Shown here: one piece after another, positions 27,181 through 42,100 of the stretch | Layout: the number at the start of each line of letters is the position of its first letter | Numbering within the stretch: the first letter of the stretch is position 1 | DNA from: Auanema rhodensis | Taxonomy: Eukaryota > Animalia > Nematoda | Reading direction: 5' to 3' | DNA: 64,000 nt | Assembly: GCA_964057225.1 (NCBI GenBank) | Contig: OZ059900.1 | Span: 18,352,001 to 18,416,000 of the forward strand | The notes under the pieces: generated by a model | The model's input: only the letters and a program-made list of their open reading frames with translations | What the model was told of the DNA's origin: nothing | Database searches by the model: none | Made by a program: the position numbers and the translations under genes

Positions 27181-30100
27181 TGGAAATTTCGCTGTAAACA
27201 AGGTTTTGACTTACGATTTCATGTGTTCAAACTCATGCAATGTCAATGAAACCTAGCTCAAAATTGTTTGTACAACGTCTAGTTCCACTTTCACGACAAA
27301 AAAACAGGGGTTAGAAAATTAAGGAAATTAGCATATTCTGAGGGCACGCCCTTTATGGCTAATATTGATTAAATCGATTTTTGTTCATATGAGTCGTCAA
27401 ATGCAACGAATTTCAGCGTGTTACATACTAAAATGAAGCATTTTACATGCTGAACGCTAGAAAAATACAAAAACACAGTATTTCCCATGAGAAATATTTT
27501 ATTATGCTGGAAAACCAGTTTTTGGAAATTTCGCTGTAAACAAGGTTTTGACTTACGATTTCATGTGTTCAAACTCATGCAATGTCAATGAAACCTAGCT
27601 CAAAATTGTTCCTACAACGTCTAGTTCCACTTTCACGACAAAAAAACAGGGGTTAGAAAATTAAGGAAATTAGCATATTCTGAGGGCACGCCCCTTATGG
27701 CTAATATTGATTAAATCGATTTTTGTTCATATGAGTCGTCAAATGCAACGAATTTCAGCGTGTTACATACTAAAATGAAGCATTTTACATGCTGAACACT
27801 AGAAAAATATAAAAACACAGTATTTCCCATGAGAAATATTTTATTATGCTGGAAAACCAGTTTTTGGAAATTTCGCTGTAAACAAGGTTTTGACTTACGA
27901 TTTCATGTGTTCAAACTCATGCAATGTCAATGAAACCTAGCTCAAAATTGTTCGTACAACGTCTAGTTCCACTTTCACGACAAAAAACAGGGGTTAGAAA
28001 ATTAAGGAAATTAGCATATTCTGAGGGCACACCCCTTATGGCTAATATTGATTAAATCGATTTTTGTTCATATGAGTCGTCAAATGCAACGAATTTCAGC
28101 GTGTTACATACTAAAATGAAGCATTTTACATGCTGAACACTAGAAAAATACAAAAACACAGTATTTCCCATGAGAAATATTTTATTATGCTGGAAAACCA
28201 GTTTTTGGAAATTTCGCTGTAAACAAGGTTTTGACTTACGATTTCATGTGTTCAAACTCATGCAATGTCAATGAAACCTAGCTCAAAATTGTTCGTACAA
28301 CGTCTAGTTCCACTTTCACGACAAAAAACAGGGGTTAGAAAATTAAGGAAATTAGCATATTCTGAGGGCACGCCCTTTATGGCTAATATTGATTAAATCG
28401 ATTTTTGTTCATATGAGTCGTCAAATGCAACGAATTTCAGCGTGTTACATACTAAAATGAAGCATTTTACATGCTGAACGCTAGAAAAATACAAAAACAC
28501 AGTATTACCCATGAGAAATATTTTATTATGCTGGAAAACCAGTTTTTGGAAATTTCGCTGTAAACAAGGTTTTGACTTACGATTTCATGTGTTCAAACTC
28601 ATGCAATGTCAATGAAACCTAGCTCAAAATTGTTCCTACAACGTCTAGTTCCACTTTCACGACAAAAAAACAGGGGTTAGAAAATTAAGGAAATTAGCAT
28701 ATTCTGAGGGCACGCCCCTTATGGCTAATATTGATTAAATCGATTTTTGTTCATATGAGTCGTCAAATGCAACGAATTTCAGCGTGTTACATACTTAAAT
28801 GAAACATTTTACATGCTGAACACTAGAAAAATACAAAAACATAGTATTTCCCATGAGAAATATTTTATTATGCTGGAAAACCAGTTTTTGGAAATTTCGC
28901 TGTAAACAAGGTTTTGACTTACGATTTCATGTGTTCAAACTCATGCAATGTCAATGAAACCTAGCTCAAAATTGTTCGTACAACGTCTAGTTCCACTTTC
29001 ACGACAAAAAAACAGGGGTTAGAAAATTAAGGAAATTAGCATATTCTGAGGGCACGCCCCTTATGGCTAATATTGATTAAATCGATTTTTGTTCATATGA
29101 GTCGTCAAATGCAACGAATTTCAGCGTGTTACATACTAAAATAAAGCATTTTACATGCTGAACACTAGAAAAATACAAAAACACAGTATTTCCCATGAGA
29201 AATATTTTATTATGCTGGAAAACCAGTTTTTGGAAATTTCGCTGTAAACAAGGTTTTGACTTACGATTTCATGTGTTCAAACTCATGCAATGTCAATGAA
29301 ACCTAGCTCAAAATTGTTCGTACAACGTCTAGTTCCACTTTCACGACAAAAAAACAGGGGTTAGAAAATTAAGGAAATTAGCATATTCTGAGGGCACACC
29401 CTTTATGGCTAATATTGATTAAATCGATTTTTGTTCATATGAGTCGTCAAATGCAACGAATTTCAGCGTGTTACATACTAAAATGAAGCATTTTACATGC
29501 TGAACGCTAGAAAAATACAAAAACACAGTATTTCCCATGAGAAATATTTTATTATGCTGGAAAACCAGTTTTTGGAAATTTCGCTGTAAACAAGGTTTTG
29601 ACTTACGATTTCATGTGTTCAAACTCATGCAATGTCAATGAAACCTAGCTCAAAATTGTTCCTACAACGTCTAGTTCCACTTTCACGACAAAAAAACAGG
29701 GGTTAGAAAATTAAGGAAATTAGCATATTCTGAGGGCACGCCCCTTATGGCTAATATTGATTAAATCGATTTTTGTTCATATGAGTCGTCAAATGCAACG
29801 AATTTCAGCGTGTCACATACTAAAATGAAGCATTTTACATGCTGAACGCTAGAAAAATACAAAAACACAGTATTTCCCATGAGAAATATTTTATTATGCT
29901 GGAAAACCAGTTTTTGGAAATTTCGCTGTAAACAAGGTTTTGACTTACGATTTCATGTGTTCAAACTCATGCAATGTCAATGAAACCTAGCTCAAAATTG
30001 TTCCTACAACGTCTAGTTCCACTTTCACGACAAAAAAACAGGGGTTAGAAAATTAAGGAAATTAGCATATTCTGAGAGCACGCCCTTTATGGCTAATATT

Positions 30101-33100
30101 GATTAAATCGATTTTTGTTCATATGAGTCGTCAAATGCAACGAATTTCAGCGTGTTACATACTAAAATGAAGCATTTTACATGCTGAACGCTAGAAAAAT
30201 ACAAAAACACAGTATTTCCCATGAGAAATATTTTATTATGCTGGAAAACCAGTTTTTGGAAATTTCGCTGTAAACAAGGTTTTGACTTGCGATTTCATGT
30301 GTTCAAACTCATGCAATGTCAAAGAAACCTAGCTCAAAATTGTTCCTACAACGTCTAGTTCCACGTTCACGACAAAAAAACAAGGGTTAGAAAATTAAGG
30401 AAATTAGCATATTCTGAGGGCACGCCCCTTATGGCTAATATTGATTAAATCGATTTTTGTTCATATGAGTCGTCAAATGCAACGAATTTCAGCGTGTTAC
30501 ATACTAAAATGAAGCATTTTACTTGCTGAACACTAGAAAAATACAAAAACATAGTATTTCCCATGAGAAATATTTTATTATGCTGGAAAACCAGTTTTTG
30601 GAAATTTCGCTGTAAACAAGGTTTTGACTTACGATTTCATGTGTTCAAACTCATGCAATGTCAATGAAACCTAGCTCAAAATTGTTCCTACAACGTCTAG
30701 TTCCACTTTCACGACAAAAAAACAGGGGTTAGAAAATTAAGGAAATTAGCATATTCTGAGGGCACGCCCCTTATGGCTAATATTGATTAAATCGATTTTT
30801 GTTCATATGAGTCGTCAAATGCAACGAATTTCAGCGTGTTACATACTAAAATGAAGCATTTTACATGCTGAACGCTAGAAAAATACAAAAACACAGTATT
30901 TCCCATGAGAAATATTTTATTATGCTGGAAAACCAGTTTTTGGAAATTTCGCTGTAAACAAGGTTTTGACTTACGATTTCATGTGTTCAAACTCATGCAA
31001 TGTCAATGAAACCTAGCTCAAAATTGTTCGTACAACGTCTAGTTCCACTTTCACGACAAAAAAACAGGGGTTAGAAAATTAAGGAAATTAGCATATTCTG
31101 AGGGCACGCCCTTTATGGCTAATATTGATTAAATCGATTTTTGTTCATATGAGTCGTCAAATGCAACGAATTTCAGCGTGTTACATACTAAAATGAAGCA
31201 TTTTACATGCTGAACGCTAGAAAAATACAAAAACACAGTATTTCCCATGAGAAATATTTTATTATGCTGGAAAACCAGTTTTTGGAAATTTCGCTGTAAA
31301 CAAGGTTTTGACTTACGATTTCATGTGTTCAAACTCATGCAATGTCAATGAAACCTAGCTCAAAATTGTTCCTACAACGTCTAGTTCCACTTTCACGACA
31401 AAAAAACAGGGGTTAGAAAATTAAGGAAATTAGCATATTCTGAGGGCACGCCCCTTATGGCTAATATTGATTAAATCGATTTTTGTTCATATGAGTAGTC
31501 AAATGCAACGAATTTCAGCGTGTTACATACTAAAATGAAGCATTTTACATGCTGAACACTAGAAAAATACAAAAACACAGTATTTCCCATGAGAAATATT
31601 TTATTATGCTGGAAAACCAGTTTTTGGAAATTTCGCTGTAAACAAGGTTTTGACTTACGATTTCATGTGTTCAAACTCATGCAATGTCAATGAAACCTAG
31701 CTCAAAATTGTTCGTACAACGTCTAGTTCCACTTTCACGACAAAAAACAGGGGTTAGAAAATTAAGGAAATTAGCATATTCTGAGGGCACGCCCTTTATG
31801 GCTAATATTGATTAAATCGATTTTTGTTCATATGAGTCGTCAAATGCAACGAATTTCAGCGTGTTACATACTAAAATGAAGCATTTTACATGCTGAACGC
31901 TAGAAAAATACAAAAACACAGTATTACCCATGAGAAATATTTTATTATGCTGGAAAACCAGTTTTTGGAAATTTCGCTGTAAACAAGGTTTTGACTTACG
32001 ATTTCATGTGTTCAAACTCATGCAATGTCAATGAAACCTAGCTCAAAATTGTTCGTACAACGTCTAGTTCCACTTTCACGACAAAAAAACAGGGGTTAGA
32101 AAATTAAGGAAATTAGCATATTCTGAGGGCACGCCCCTTATGGCTAATATTGATTAAATCGATTTTTGTTCATATGAGTCGTCAAATGCAACGAATTTCA
32201 GCGTGTTACATACTAAAATGAAGCATTTTACATGCTGAACGCTAGAAAAATACAAAAACACAGTATTACCCATGAGAAATATTTTATTATGCTGGAAAAC
32301 CAGTTTTTGGAAATTTCGCTGTAAACAAGGTTTTGACTTACGATTTCATGTGTTCAAACTCATGCAATGTCAATGAAACCTAGCTCAAAATTGTTCCTAC
32401 AACGTCTAGTTCCACTTTCACGACAAAAAAACAGGGGTTAGAAAATTAAGGAAATTAGCATATTCTGAGGGCACGCCCCTTATGGCTAATATTGATTAAA
32501 TCGATTTTTGTTCATATGAGTCGTCAAATGCAACGAATTTCAGCGTGTTACATACTAAAATGAAGCATTTTACATGCTGAACACTAGAAAAATATAAAAA
32601 CACAGTATTTCCCATGAGAAATATTTTATTATGCTGGAAAACCAGTTTTTGGAAATTTCGCTGTAAACAAGGTTTTGACTTACGATTTCATGTGTTCAAA
32701 CTCATGCAATGTCAATGAAACCTAGCTCAAAATTGTTCGTACAACGTCTAGTTCCACTTTCACGACAAAAAACAGGGGTTAGAAAATTAAGGAAATTAGC
32801 ATATTCTGAGGGCACACCCCTTATGGCTAATATTGATTAAATCGATTTTTGTTCATATGAGTCGTCAAATGCAACGAATTTCAGCGTGTTACATACTAAA
32901 ATGAAGCATTTTACATGCTGAACACTAGAAAAATACAAAAACACAGTATTTCCCATGAGAAATATTTTATTATGCTGGAAAACCAGTTTTTGGAAATTTC
33001 GCTGTAAACAAGGTTTTGACTTACGATTTCATGTGTTCAAACTCATGCAATGTCAATGAAACCTAGCTCAAAATTGTTCGTACAACGTCTAGTTCCACTT

Positions 33101-36100
33101 TCACGACAAAAAACAGGGGTTAGAAAATTAAGGAAATTAGCATATTCTGAGGGCACGCCCTTTATGGCTAATATTGATTAAATCGATTTTTGTTCATATG
33201 AGTCGTCAAATGCAACGAATTTCAGCGTGTTACATACTAAAATGAAGCATTTTACATGCTGAACGCTAGAAAAATACAAAAACACAGTATTACCCATGAG
33301 AAATATTTTATTATGCTGGAAAACCAGTTTTTGGAAATTTCGCTGTAAACAAGGTTTTGACTTACGATTTCATGTGTTCAAACTCATGCAATGTCAATGA
33401 AACCTAGCTCAAAATTGTTCCTACAACGTCTAGTTCCACTTTCACGACAAAAAAACAGGGGTTAGAAAATTAAGGAAATTAGCATATTCTGAGGGCACGC
33501 CCCTTATGGCTAATATTGATTAAATCGATTTTTGTTCATATGAGTCGTCAAATGCAACGAATTTCAGCGTGTTACATACTTAAATGAAACATTTTACATG
33601 CTGAACACTAGAAAAATACAAAAACATAGTATTTCCCATGAGAAATATTTTATTATGCTGGAAAACCAGTTTTTGGAAATTTCGCTGTAAACAAGGTTTT
33701 GACTTACGATTTCATGTGTTCAAACTCATGCAATGTCAATGAAACCTAGCTCAAAATTGTTCGTACAACGTCTAGTTCCACTTTCACGACAAAAAAACAG
33801 GGGTTAGAAAATTAAGGAAATTAGCATATTCTGAGGGCACGCCCCTTATGGCTAATATTGATTAAATCGATTTTTGTTCATATGAGTCGTCAAATGCAAC
33901 GAATTTCAGCGTGTTACATACTAAAATAAAGCATTTTACATGCTGAACACTAGAAAAATACAAAAACACAGTATTTCCCATGAGAAATATTTTATTATGC
34001 TGGAAAACCAGTTTTTGGAAATTTCGCTGTAAACAAGGTTTTGACTTACGATTTCATGTGTTCAAACTCATGCAATGTCAATGAAACCTAGCTCAAAATT
34101 GTTCGTACAACGTCTAGTTCCACTTTCACGACAAAAAAACAGGGGTTAGAAAATTAAGGAAATTAGCATATTCTGAGGGCACACCCTTTATGGCTAATAT
34201 TGATTAAATCGATTTTTGTTCATATGAGTCGTCAAATGCAACGAATTTCAGCGTGTTACATACTAAAATGAAGCATTTTACATGCTGAACGCTAGAAAAA
34301 TACAAAAACACAGTATTTCCCATGAGAAATATTTTATTATGCTGGAAAACCAGTTTTTGGAAATTTCGCTGTAAACAAGGTTTTGACTTACGATTTCATG
34401 TGTTCAAACTCATGCAATGTCAATGAAACCTAGCTCAAAATTGTTCCTACAACGTCTAGTTCCACTTTCACGACAAAAAAACAGGGGTTAGAAAATTAAG
34501 GAAATTAGCATATTCTGAGGGCACGCCCCTTATGGCTAATATTGATTAAATCGATTTTTGTTCATATGAGTCGTCAAATGCAACGAATTTCAGCGTGTCA
34601 CATACTAAAATGAAGCATTTTACATGCTGAACGCTAGAAAAATACAAAAACACAGTATTTCCCATGAGAAATATTTTATTATGCTGGAAAACCAGTTTTT
34701 GGAAATTTCGCTGTAAACAAGGTTTTGACTTACGATTTCATGTGTTCAAACTCATGCAATGTCAATGAAACCTAGCTCAAAATTGTTCCTACAACGTCTA
34801 GTTCCACTTTCACGACAAAAAAACAGGGGTTAGAAAATTAAGGAAATTAGCATATTCTGAGAGCACGCCCTTTATGGCTAATATTGATTAAATCGATTTT
34901 TGTTCATATGAGTCGTCAAATGCAACGAATTTCAGCGTGTTACATACTAAAATGAAGCATTTTACATGCTGAACGCTAGAAAAATACAAAAACACAGTAT
35001 TTCCCATGAGAAATATTTTATTATGCTGGAAAACCAGTTTTTGGAAATTTCGCTGTAAACAAGGTTTTGACTTGCGATTTCATGTGTTCAAACTCATGCA
35101 ATGTCAAAGAAACCTAGCTCAAAATTGTTCCTACAACGTCTAGTTCCACGTTCACGACAAAAAAACAAGGGTTAGAAAATTAAGGAAATTAGCATATTCT
35201 GAGGGCACGCCCCTTATGGCTAATATTGATTAAATCGATTTTTGTTCATATGAGTCGTCAAATGCAACGAATTTCAGCGTGTTACATACTAAAATGAAGC
35301 ATTTTACTTGCTGAACACTAGAAAAATACAAAAACATAGTATTTCCCATGAGAAATATTTTATTATGCTGGAAAACCAGTTTTTGGAAATTTCGCTGTAA
35401 ACAAGGTTTTGACTTACGATTTCATGTGTTCAAACTCATGCAATGTCAATGAAACCTAGCTCAAAATTGTTCCTACAACGTCTAGTTCCACTTTCACGAC
35501 AAAAAAACAGGGGTTAGAAAATTAAGGAAATTAGCATATTCTGAGGGCACGCCCCTTATGGCTAATATTGATTAAATCGATTTTTGTTCATATGAGTCGT
35601 CAAATGCAACGAATTTCAGCGTGTTACATACTAAAATGAAGCATTTTACATGCTGAACGCTAGAAAAATACAAAAACACAGTATTTCCCATGAGAAATAT
35701 TTTATTATGCTGGAAAACCAGTTTTTGGAAATTTCGCTGTAAACAAGGTTTTGACTTACGATTTCATGTGTTCAAACTCATGCAATGTCAATGAAACCTA
35801 GCTCAAAATTGTTCGTACAACGTCTAGTTCCACTTTCACGACAAAAAAACAGGGGTTAGAAAATTAAGGAAATTAGCATATTCTGAGGGCACGCCCTTTA
35901 TGGCTAATATTGATTAAATCGATTTTTGTTCATATGAGTCGTCAAATGCAACGAATTTCAGCGTGTTACATACTAAAATGAAGCATTTTACATGCTGAAC
36001 GCTAGAAAAATACAAAAACACAGTATTTCCCATGAGAAATATTTTATTATGCTGGAAAACCAGTTTTTGGAAATTTCGCTGTAAACAAGGTTTTGACTTA

Positions 36101-39100
36101 CGATTTCATGTGTTCAAACTCATGCAATGTCAATGAAACCTAGCTCAAAATTGTTCCTACAACGTCTAGTTCCACTTTCACGACAAAAAAACAGGGGTTA
36201 GAAAATTAAGGAAATTAGCATATTCTGAGGGCACGCCCCTTATGGCTAATATTGATTAAATCGATTTTTGTTCATATGAGTCGTCAAATGCAACGAATTT
36301 CAGCGTGTTACATACTAAAATGAAGCATTTTACATGCTGAACACTAGAAAAATACAAAAACACAGTATTTCCCATGAGAAATATTTTATTATGCTGGAAA
36401 ACCAGTTTTTGGAAATTTCGCTGTAAACAAGGTTTTGACTTACGATTTCATGTGTTCAAACTCATGCAATGTCAATGAAACCTAGCTCAAAATTGTTCGT
36501 ACAACGTCTAGTTCCACTTTCACGACAAAAAACAGGGGTTAGAAAATTAAGGAAATTAGCATATTCTGAGGGCACGCCCCTTATGGCTAATATTGATTAA
36601 ATCGATTTTTGTTCATATGAGTCGTCAAATGCAACGAATTTCAGCGTGTTACATACTAAAATGAAGCATTTTACATGCTGAACACTAGAAAAATACAAAA
36701 ACACAGTATTTCCCATGAGAAATATTTTATTATGCTGGAAAACCAGTTTTTGGAAATTTCGCTGTAAACAAGGTTTTGACTTACGATTTCATGTGTTCAA
36801 ACTCATGCAATGTCAATGAAACCTAGCTCAAAATTGTTCGTACAACGTCTAGTTCCACTTTCACGACAAAAAACAGGGGTTAGAAAATTAAGGAAATTAG
36901 CATATTCTGAGGGCACGCCCTTTATGGCTAATATTGATTAAATCGATTTTTGTTCATATGAGTCGTCAAATGCAACGAATTTCAGCGTGTTACATACTAA
37001 AATGAAGCATTTTACATGCTGAACGCTAGAAAAATACAAAAACACAGTATTACCCATGAGAAATATTTTATTATGCTGGAAAACCAGTTTTTGGAAATTT
37101 CGCTGTAAACAAGGTTTTGACTTACGATTTCATGTGTTCAAACTCATGCAATGTCAATGAAACCTAGCTCAAAATTGTTCGTACAACGTCTAGTTCCACT
37201 TTCACGACAAAAAAACAGGGGTTAGAAAATTAAGGAAATTAGCATATTCTGAGGGCACGCCCCTTATGGCTAATATTGATTAAATCGATTTTTGTTCATA
37301 TGAGTCGTCAAATGCAACGAATTTCAGCGTGTTACATACTAAAATGAAACATTTTACATGCTGAACACTAGAAAAATACAAAAACACAGTATTTCCCATG
37401 AGAAATATTTTATTATGCTGGAAAACCAGTTTTTGGAAATTTCGCTGTAAACAAGGTTTTGACTTACGATTTCATGTGTTCAAACTCATGCAATGTCAAT
37501 GAAACCTAGCTCAAAATTGTTCGTACAACGTCTAGTTCCACTTTCACGACAAAAAACAGGGGTTAGAAAATTAAGGAAATTAGCATATTCTGAGGGCACG
37601 CCCCTTATGGCTAATATTGATTAAATCGATTTTTGTTCATATGAGTCGTCAAATGCAACGAATTTCAGCGTGTTACATACTAAAATGAAGCATTTTACAT
37701 GCTGAACACTAGAAAAATACAAAAACACAGTATTTCCCATGAGAAATATTTTATTATGCTGGAAAACCAGTTTTTGGAAATTTCGCTGTAAACAAGGTTT
37801 TGACTTACGATTTCATGTGTTCAAACTCATGCAATGTCAATGAAACCTAGCTCAAAATTGTTCGTACAACGTCTAGTTCCACTTTCACGACAAAAAACAG
37901 GGGTTAGAAAATTAAGGAAATTAGCATATTCTGAGGGCACGCCCTTTATGGCTAATATTGATTAAATCGATTTTTGTTCATATGAGTCGTCAAATGCAAC
38001 GAATTTCAGCGTGTTACATACTAAAATGAAGCATTTTACATGCTGAACGCTAGAAAAATACAAAAACACAGTATTACCCATGAGAAATATTTTATTATGC
38101 TGGAAAACCAGTTTTTGGAAATTTCGCTGTAAACAAGGTTTTGACTTACGATTTCATGTGTTCAAACTCATGCAATGTCAATGAAACCTAGCTCAAAATT
38201 GTTCGTACAACGTCTAGTTCCACTTTCACGACAAAAAAACAGGGGTTAGAAAATTAAGGAAATTAGCATATTCTGAGGGCACGCCCCTTATGGCTAATAT
38301 TGATTAAATCGATTTTTGTTCATATGAGTCGTCAAATGCAACGAATTTCAGCGTGTTACATACTAAAATGAAACATTTTACATGCTGAACACTAGAAAAA
38401 TACAAAAACACAGTATTTCCCATGAGAAATATTTTATTATGCTGGAAAACCAGTTTTTGGAAATTTCGCTGTAAACAAGGTTTTGACTTACGATTTCATG
38501 TGTTCAAACTCATGCAATGTCAATGAAACCTAGCTCAAAATTGTTTGTACAACGTCTAGTTCCACTTTCACGACAAAAAAACAGGGGTTAGAAAATTAAG
38601 GAAATTAGCATATTCTGAGGGCACGCCCTTTATGGCTAATATTGATTAAATCGATTTTTGTTCATATGAGTCGTCAAATGCAACGAATTTCAGCGTGTTA
38701 CATACTAAAATGAAGCATTTTACATGCTGAACGCTAGAAAAATACAAAAACACAGTATTTCCCATGAGAAATATTTTATTATGCTGGAAAACCAGTTTTT
38801 GGAAATTTCGCTGTAAACAAGGTTTTGACTTACGATTTCATGTGTTCAAACTCATGCAATGTCAATGAAACCTAGCTCAAAATTGTTCCTACAACGTCTA
38901 GTTCCACTTTCACGACAAAAAAACAGGGGTTAGAAAATTAAGGAAATTAGCATATTCTGAGGGCACGCCCCTTATGGCTAATATTGATTAAATCGATTTT
39001 TGTTCATATGAGTCGTCAAATGCAACGAATTTCAGCGTGTTACATACTAAAATGAAGCATTTTACATGCTGAACACTAGAAAAATATAAAAACACAGTAT

Positions 39101-42100
39101 TTCCCATGAGAAATATTTTATTATGCTGGAAAACCAGTTTTTGGAAATTTCGCTGTAAACAAGGTTTTGACTTACGATTTCATGTGTTCAAACTCATGCA
39201 ATGTCAATGAAACCTAGCTCAAAATTGTTCGTACAACGTCTAGTTCCACTTTCACGACAAAAAACAGGGGTTAGAAAATTAAGGAAATTAGCATATTCTG
39301 AGGGCACGCCCCTTATGGCTAATATTGATTAAATCGATTTTTGTTCATATGAGTCGTCAAATGCAACGAATTTCAGCGTGTTACATACTAAAATGAAGCA
39401 TTTTACATGCTGAACACTAGAAAAATACAAAAACACAGTATTTCCCATGAGAAATATTTTATTATGCTGGAAAACCAGTTTTTGGAAATTTCGCTGTAAA
39501 CAAGGTTTTGACTTACGATTTCATGTGTTCAAACTCATGCAATGTCAATGAAACCTAGCTCAAAATTGTTCGTACAACGTCTAGTTCCACTTTCACGACA
39601 AAAAACAGGGGTTAGAAAATTAAGGAAATTAGCATATTCTGAGGGCACGCCCTTTATGGCTAATATTGATTAAATCGATTTTTGTTCATATGAGTCGTCA
39701 AATGCAACGAATTTCAGCGTGTTACATACTAAAATGAAGCATTTCACATTCTGAACGCTAGAAAAATACAAAAACACAGTATTACCCATGAGAAATATTT
39801 TATTATGCTGGAAAACCAGTTTTTGGAAATTTCGCTGTAAACAAGGTTTTGACTTACGATTTCATGTGTTCAAACTCATGCAATGTCAATGAAACCTAGC
39901 TCAAAATTGTTCGTACAACGTCTAGTTCCACTTTCACGACAAAAAAACAGGGGTTAGAAAATTAAGGAAATTAGCATATTCTGAGGGCACACCCTTTATG
40001 GCTAATATTGATTAAATCGATTTTTGTTCATATGAGTCGTCAAATGCAACGAATTTCAGCGTGTTACATACTAAAATGAAGCATTTTACATGCTGAACGC
40101 TAGAAAAATACAAAAACACAGTATTTCCCATGAGAAATATTTTATTATGCTGGAAAACCAGTTTTTGGAAATTTCGCTGTAAACAAGGTTTTGACTTACG
40201 ATTTCATGTGTTCAAACTCATGCAATGTCAATGAAACCTAGCTCAAAATTGTTCCTACAACGTCTAGTTCCACTTTCACGACAAAAAAACAGGGGTTAGA
40301 AAATTAAGGAAATTAGCATATTCTGAGAGCACGCCCTTTATGGCTAATATTGATTAAATCGATTTTTGTTCATATGAGTCGTCAAATGCAACGAATTTCA
40401 GCGTGTTACATACTAAAATGAAGCATTTTACATGCTGAACACTAGAAAAATACAAAAACACAGTATTTCCCATGAGAAATATTTTATTATGCTGGAAAAC
40501 CAGTTTTTGGAAATTTCGCTGTAAACAAGGTTTTGACTTACGATTTCATGTGTTCAAACTCATGCAATGTCAATGAAACCTAGCTCAAAATTGTTCGTAC
40601 AACGTCTAGTTCCACTTTCACGACAAAAAACAGGGGTTAGAAAATTAAGGAAATTAGCATATTCTGAGGGCACGCCCCTTATGGCTAATATTGATTAAAT
40701 CGATTTTTGTTCATATGAGTCGTCAAATGCAACGAATTTCAGCGTGTTACATACTAAAATGAAGCATTTTACATGCTGAACACTAGAAAAATACAAAAAC
40801 ACAGTATTTCCCATGAGAAATATTTTATTATGCTGGAAAACCAGTTTTTGGAAATTTCGCTGTAAACAAGGTTTTGACTTACGATTTCATGTGTTCAAAC
40901 TCATGCAATGTCAATGAAACCTAGCTCAAAATTGTTCCTACAACGTCTAGTTCCACTTTCACGACAAAAAAACAGGGGTTAGAAAATTAAGGAAATTAGC
41001 ATATTCTGAGGGCACGCCCCTTATGGCTAATATTGATTAAATCGATTTTTGTTCATATGAGTCGTCAAATGCAACGAATTTCAGCGTGTCACATACTAAA
41101 ATGAAGCATTTTACATGCTGAACGCTAGAAAAATACAAAAACACAGTATTTCCCATGAGAAATATTTTATTATGCTGGAAAACCAGTTTTTGGAAATTTC
41201 GCTGTAAACAAGGTTTTGACTTACGATTTCATGTGTTCAAACTCATGCAATGTCAATGAAACCTAGCTCAAAATTGTTCCTACAACGTCTAGTTCCACTT
41301 TCACGACAAAAAAACAAGGGTTAGAAAATTAAGGAAATTAGCATATTCTGAGAGCACGCCCTTTATGGCTAATATTGACTAAATCGATTTTTGTTCATAT
41401 GAGTCGTCAAATGCAACGAATTTCAGCGTGTTACATACTAAAATGAAGCATTTTACATGCTGAACACTAGAAAAATACAAAAACATAGTATTTCCCATGA
41501 GAAATATTTTATTATGCTGGAAAACCAGTTTTTGGAAATTTCGCTGTAAACAAGGTTTTGACTTACGATTTCATGTGTTCAAACTCATGCAATGTCAATG
41601 AAACCTAGCTCAAAATTGTTCCTACAACGTCTAGTTCCACTTTCACGACAAAAAAACAGGGGTTAGAAAATTAAGGAAATTAGCATATTCTGAGGGCACG
41701 CCCCTTATGGCTAATATTGATTAAATCGATTTTTGTTCATATGAGTCGTCAAATGCAACGAATTTCAGCGTGTTACATACTAAAATGAAGCATTTTACAT
41801 GCTGAACACTAGAAAAATACAAAAACACAGTATTTCCCATGAGAAATATTTTATTATGCTGGAAAACCAGTTTTTGGAAATTTCGCTGTAAACAAGGTTT
41901 TGACTTACGATTTCATGTGTTCAAACTCATGCAATGTCAATGAAACCTAGCTCAAAATTGTTCGTACAACGTCTAGTTCCACTTTCACGACAAAAAACAG
42001 GGGTTAGAAAATTAAGGAAATTAGCATATTCTGAGGGCACGCCCCTTATGGCTAATATTGATTAAATCGATTTTTGTTCATATGAGTCGTCAAATGCAAC

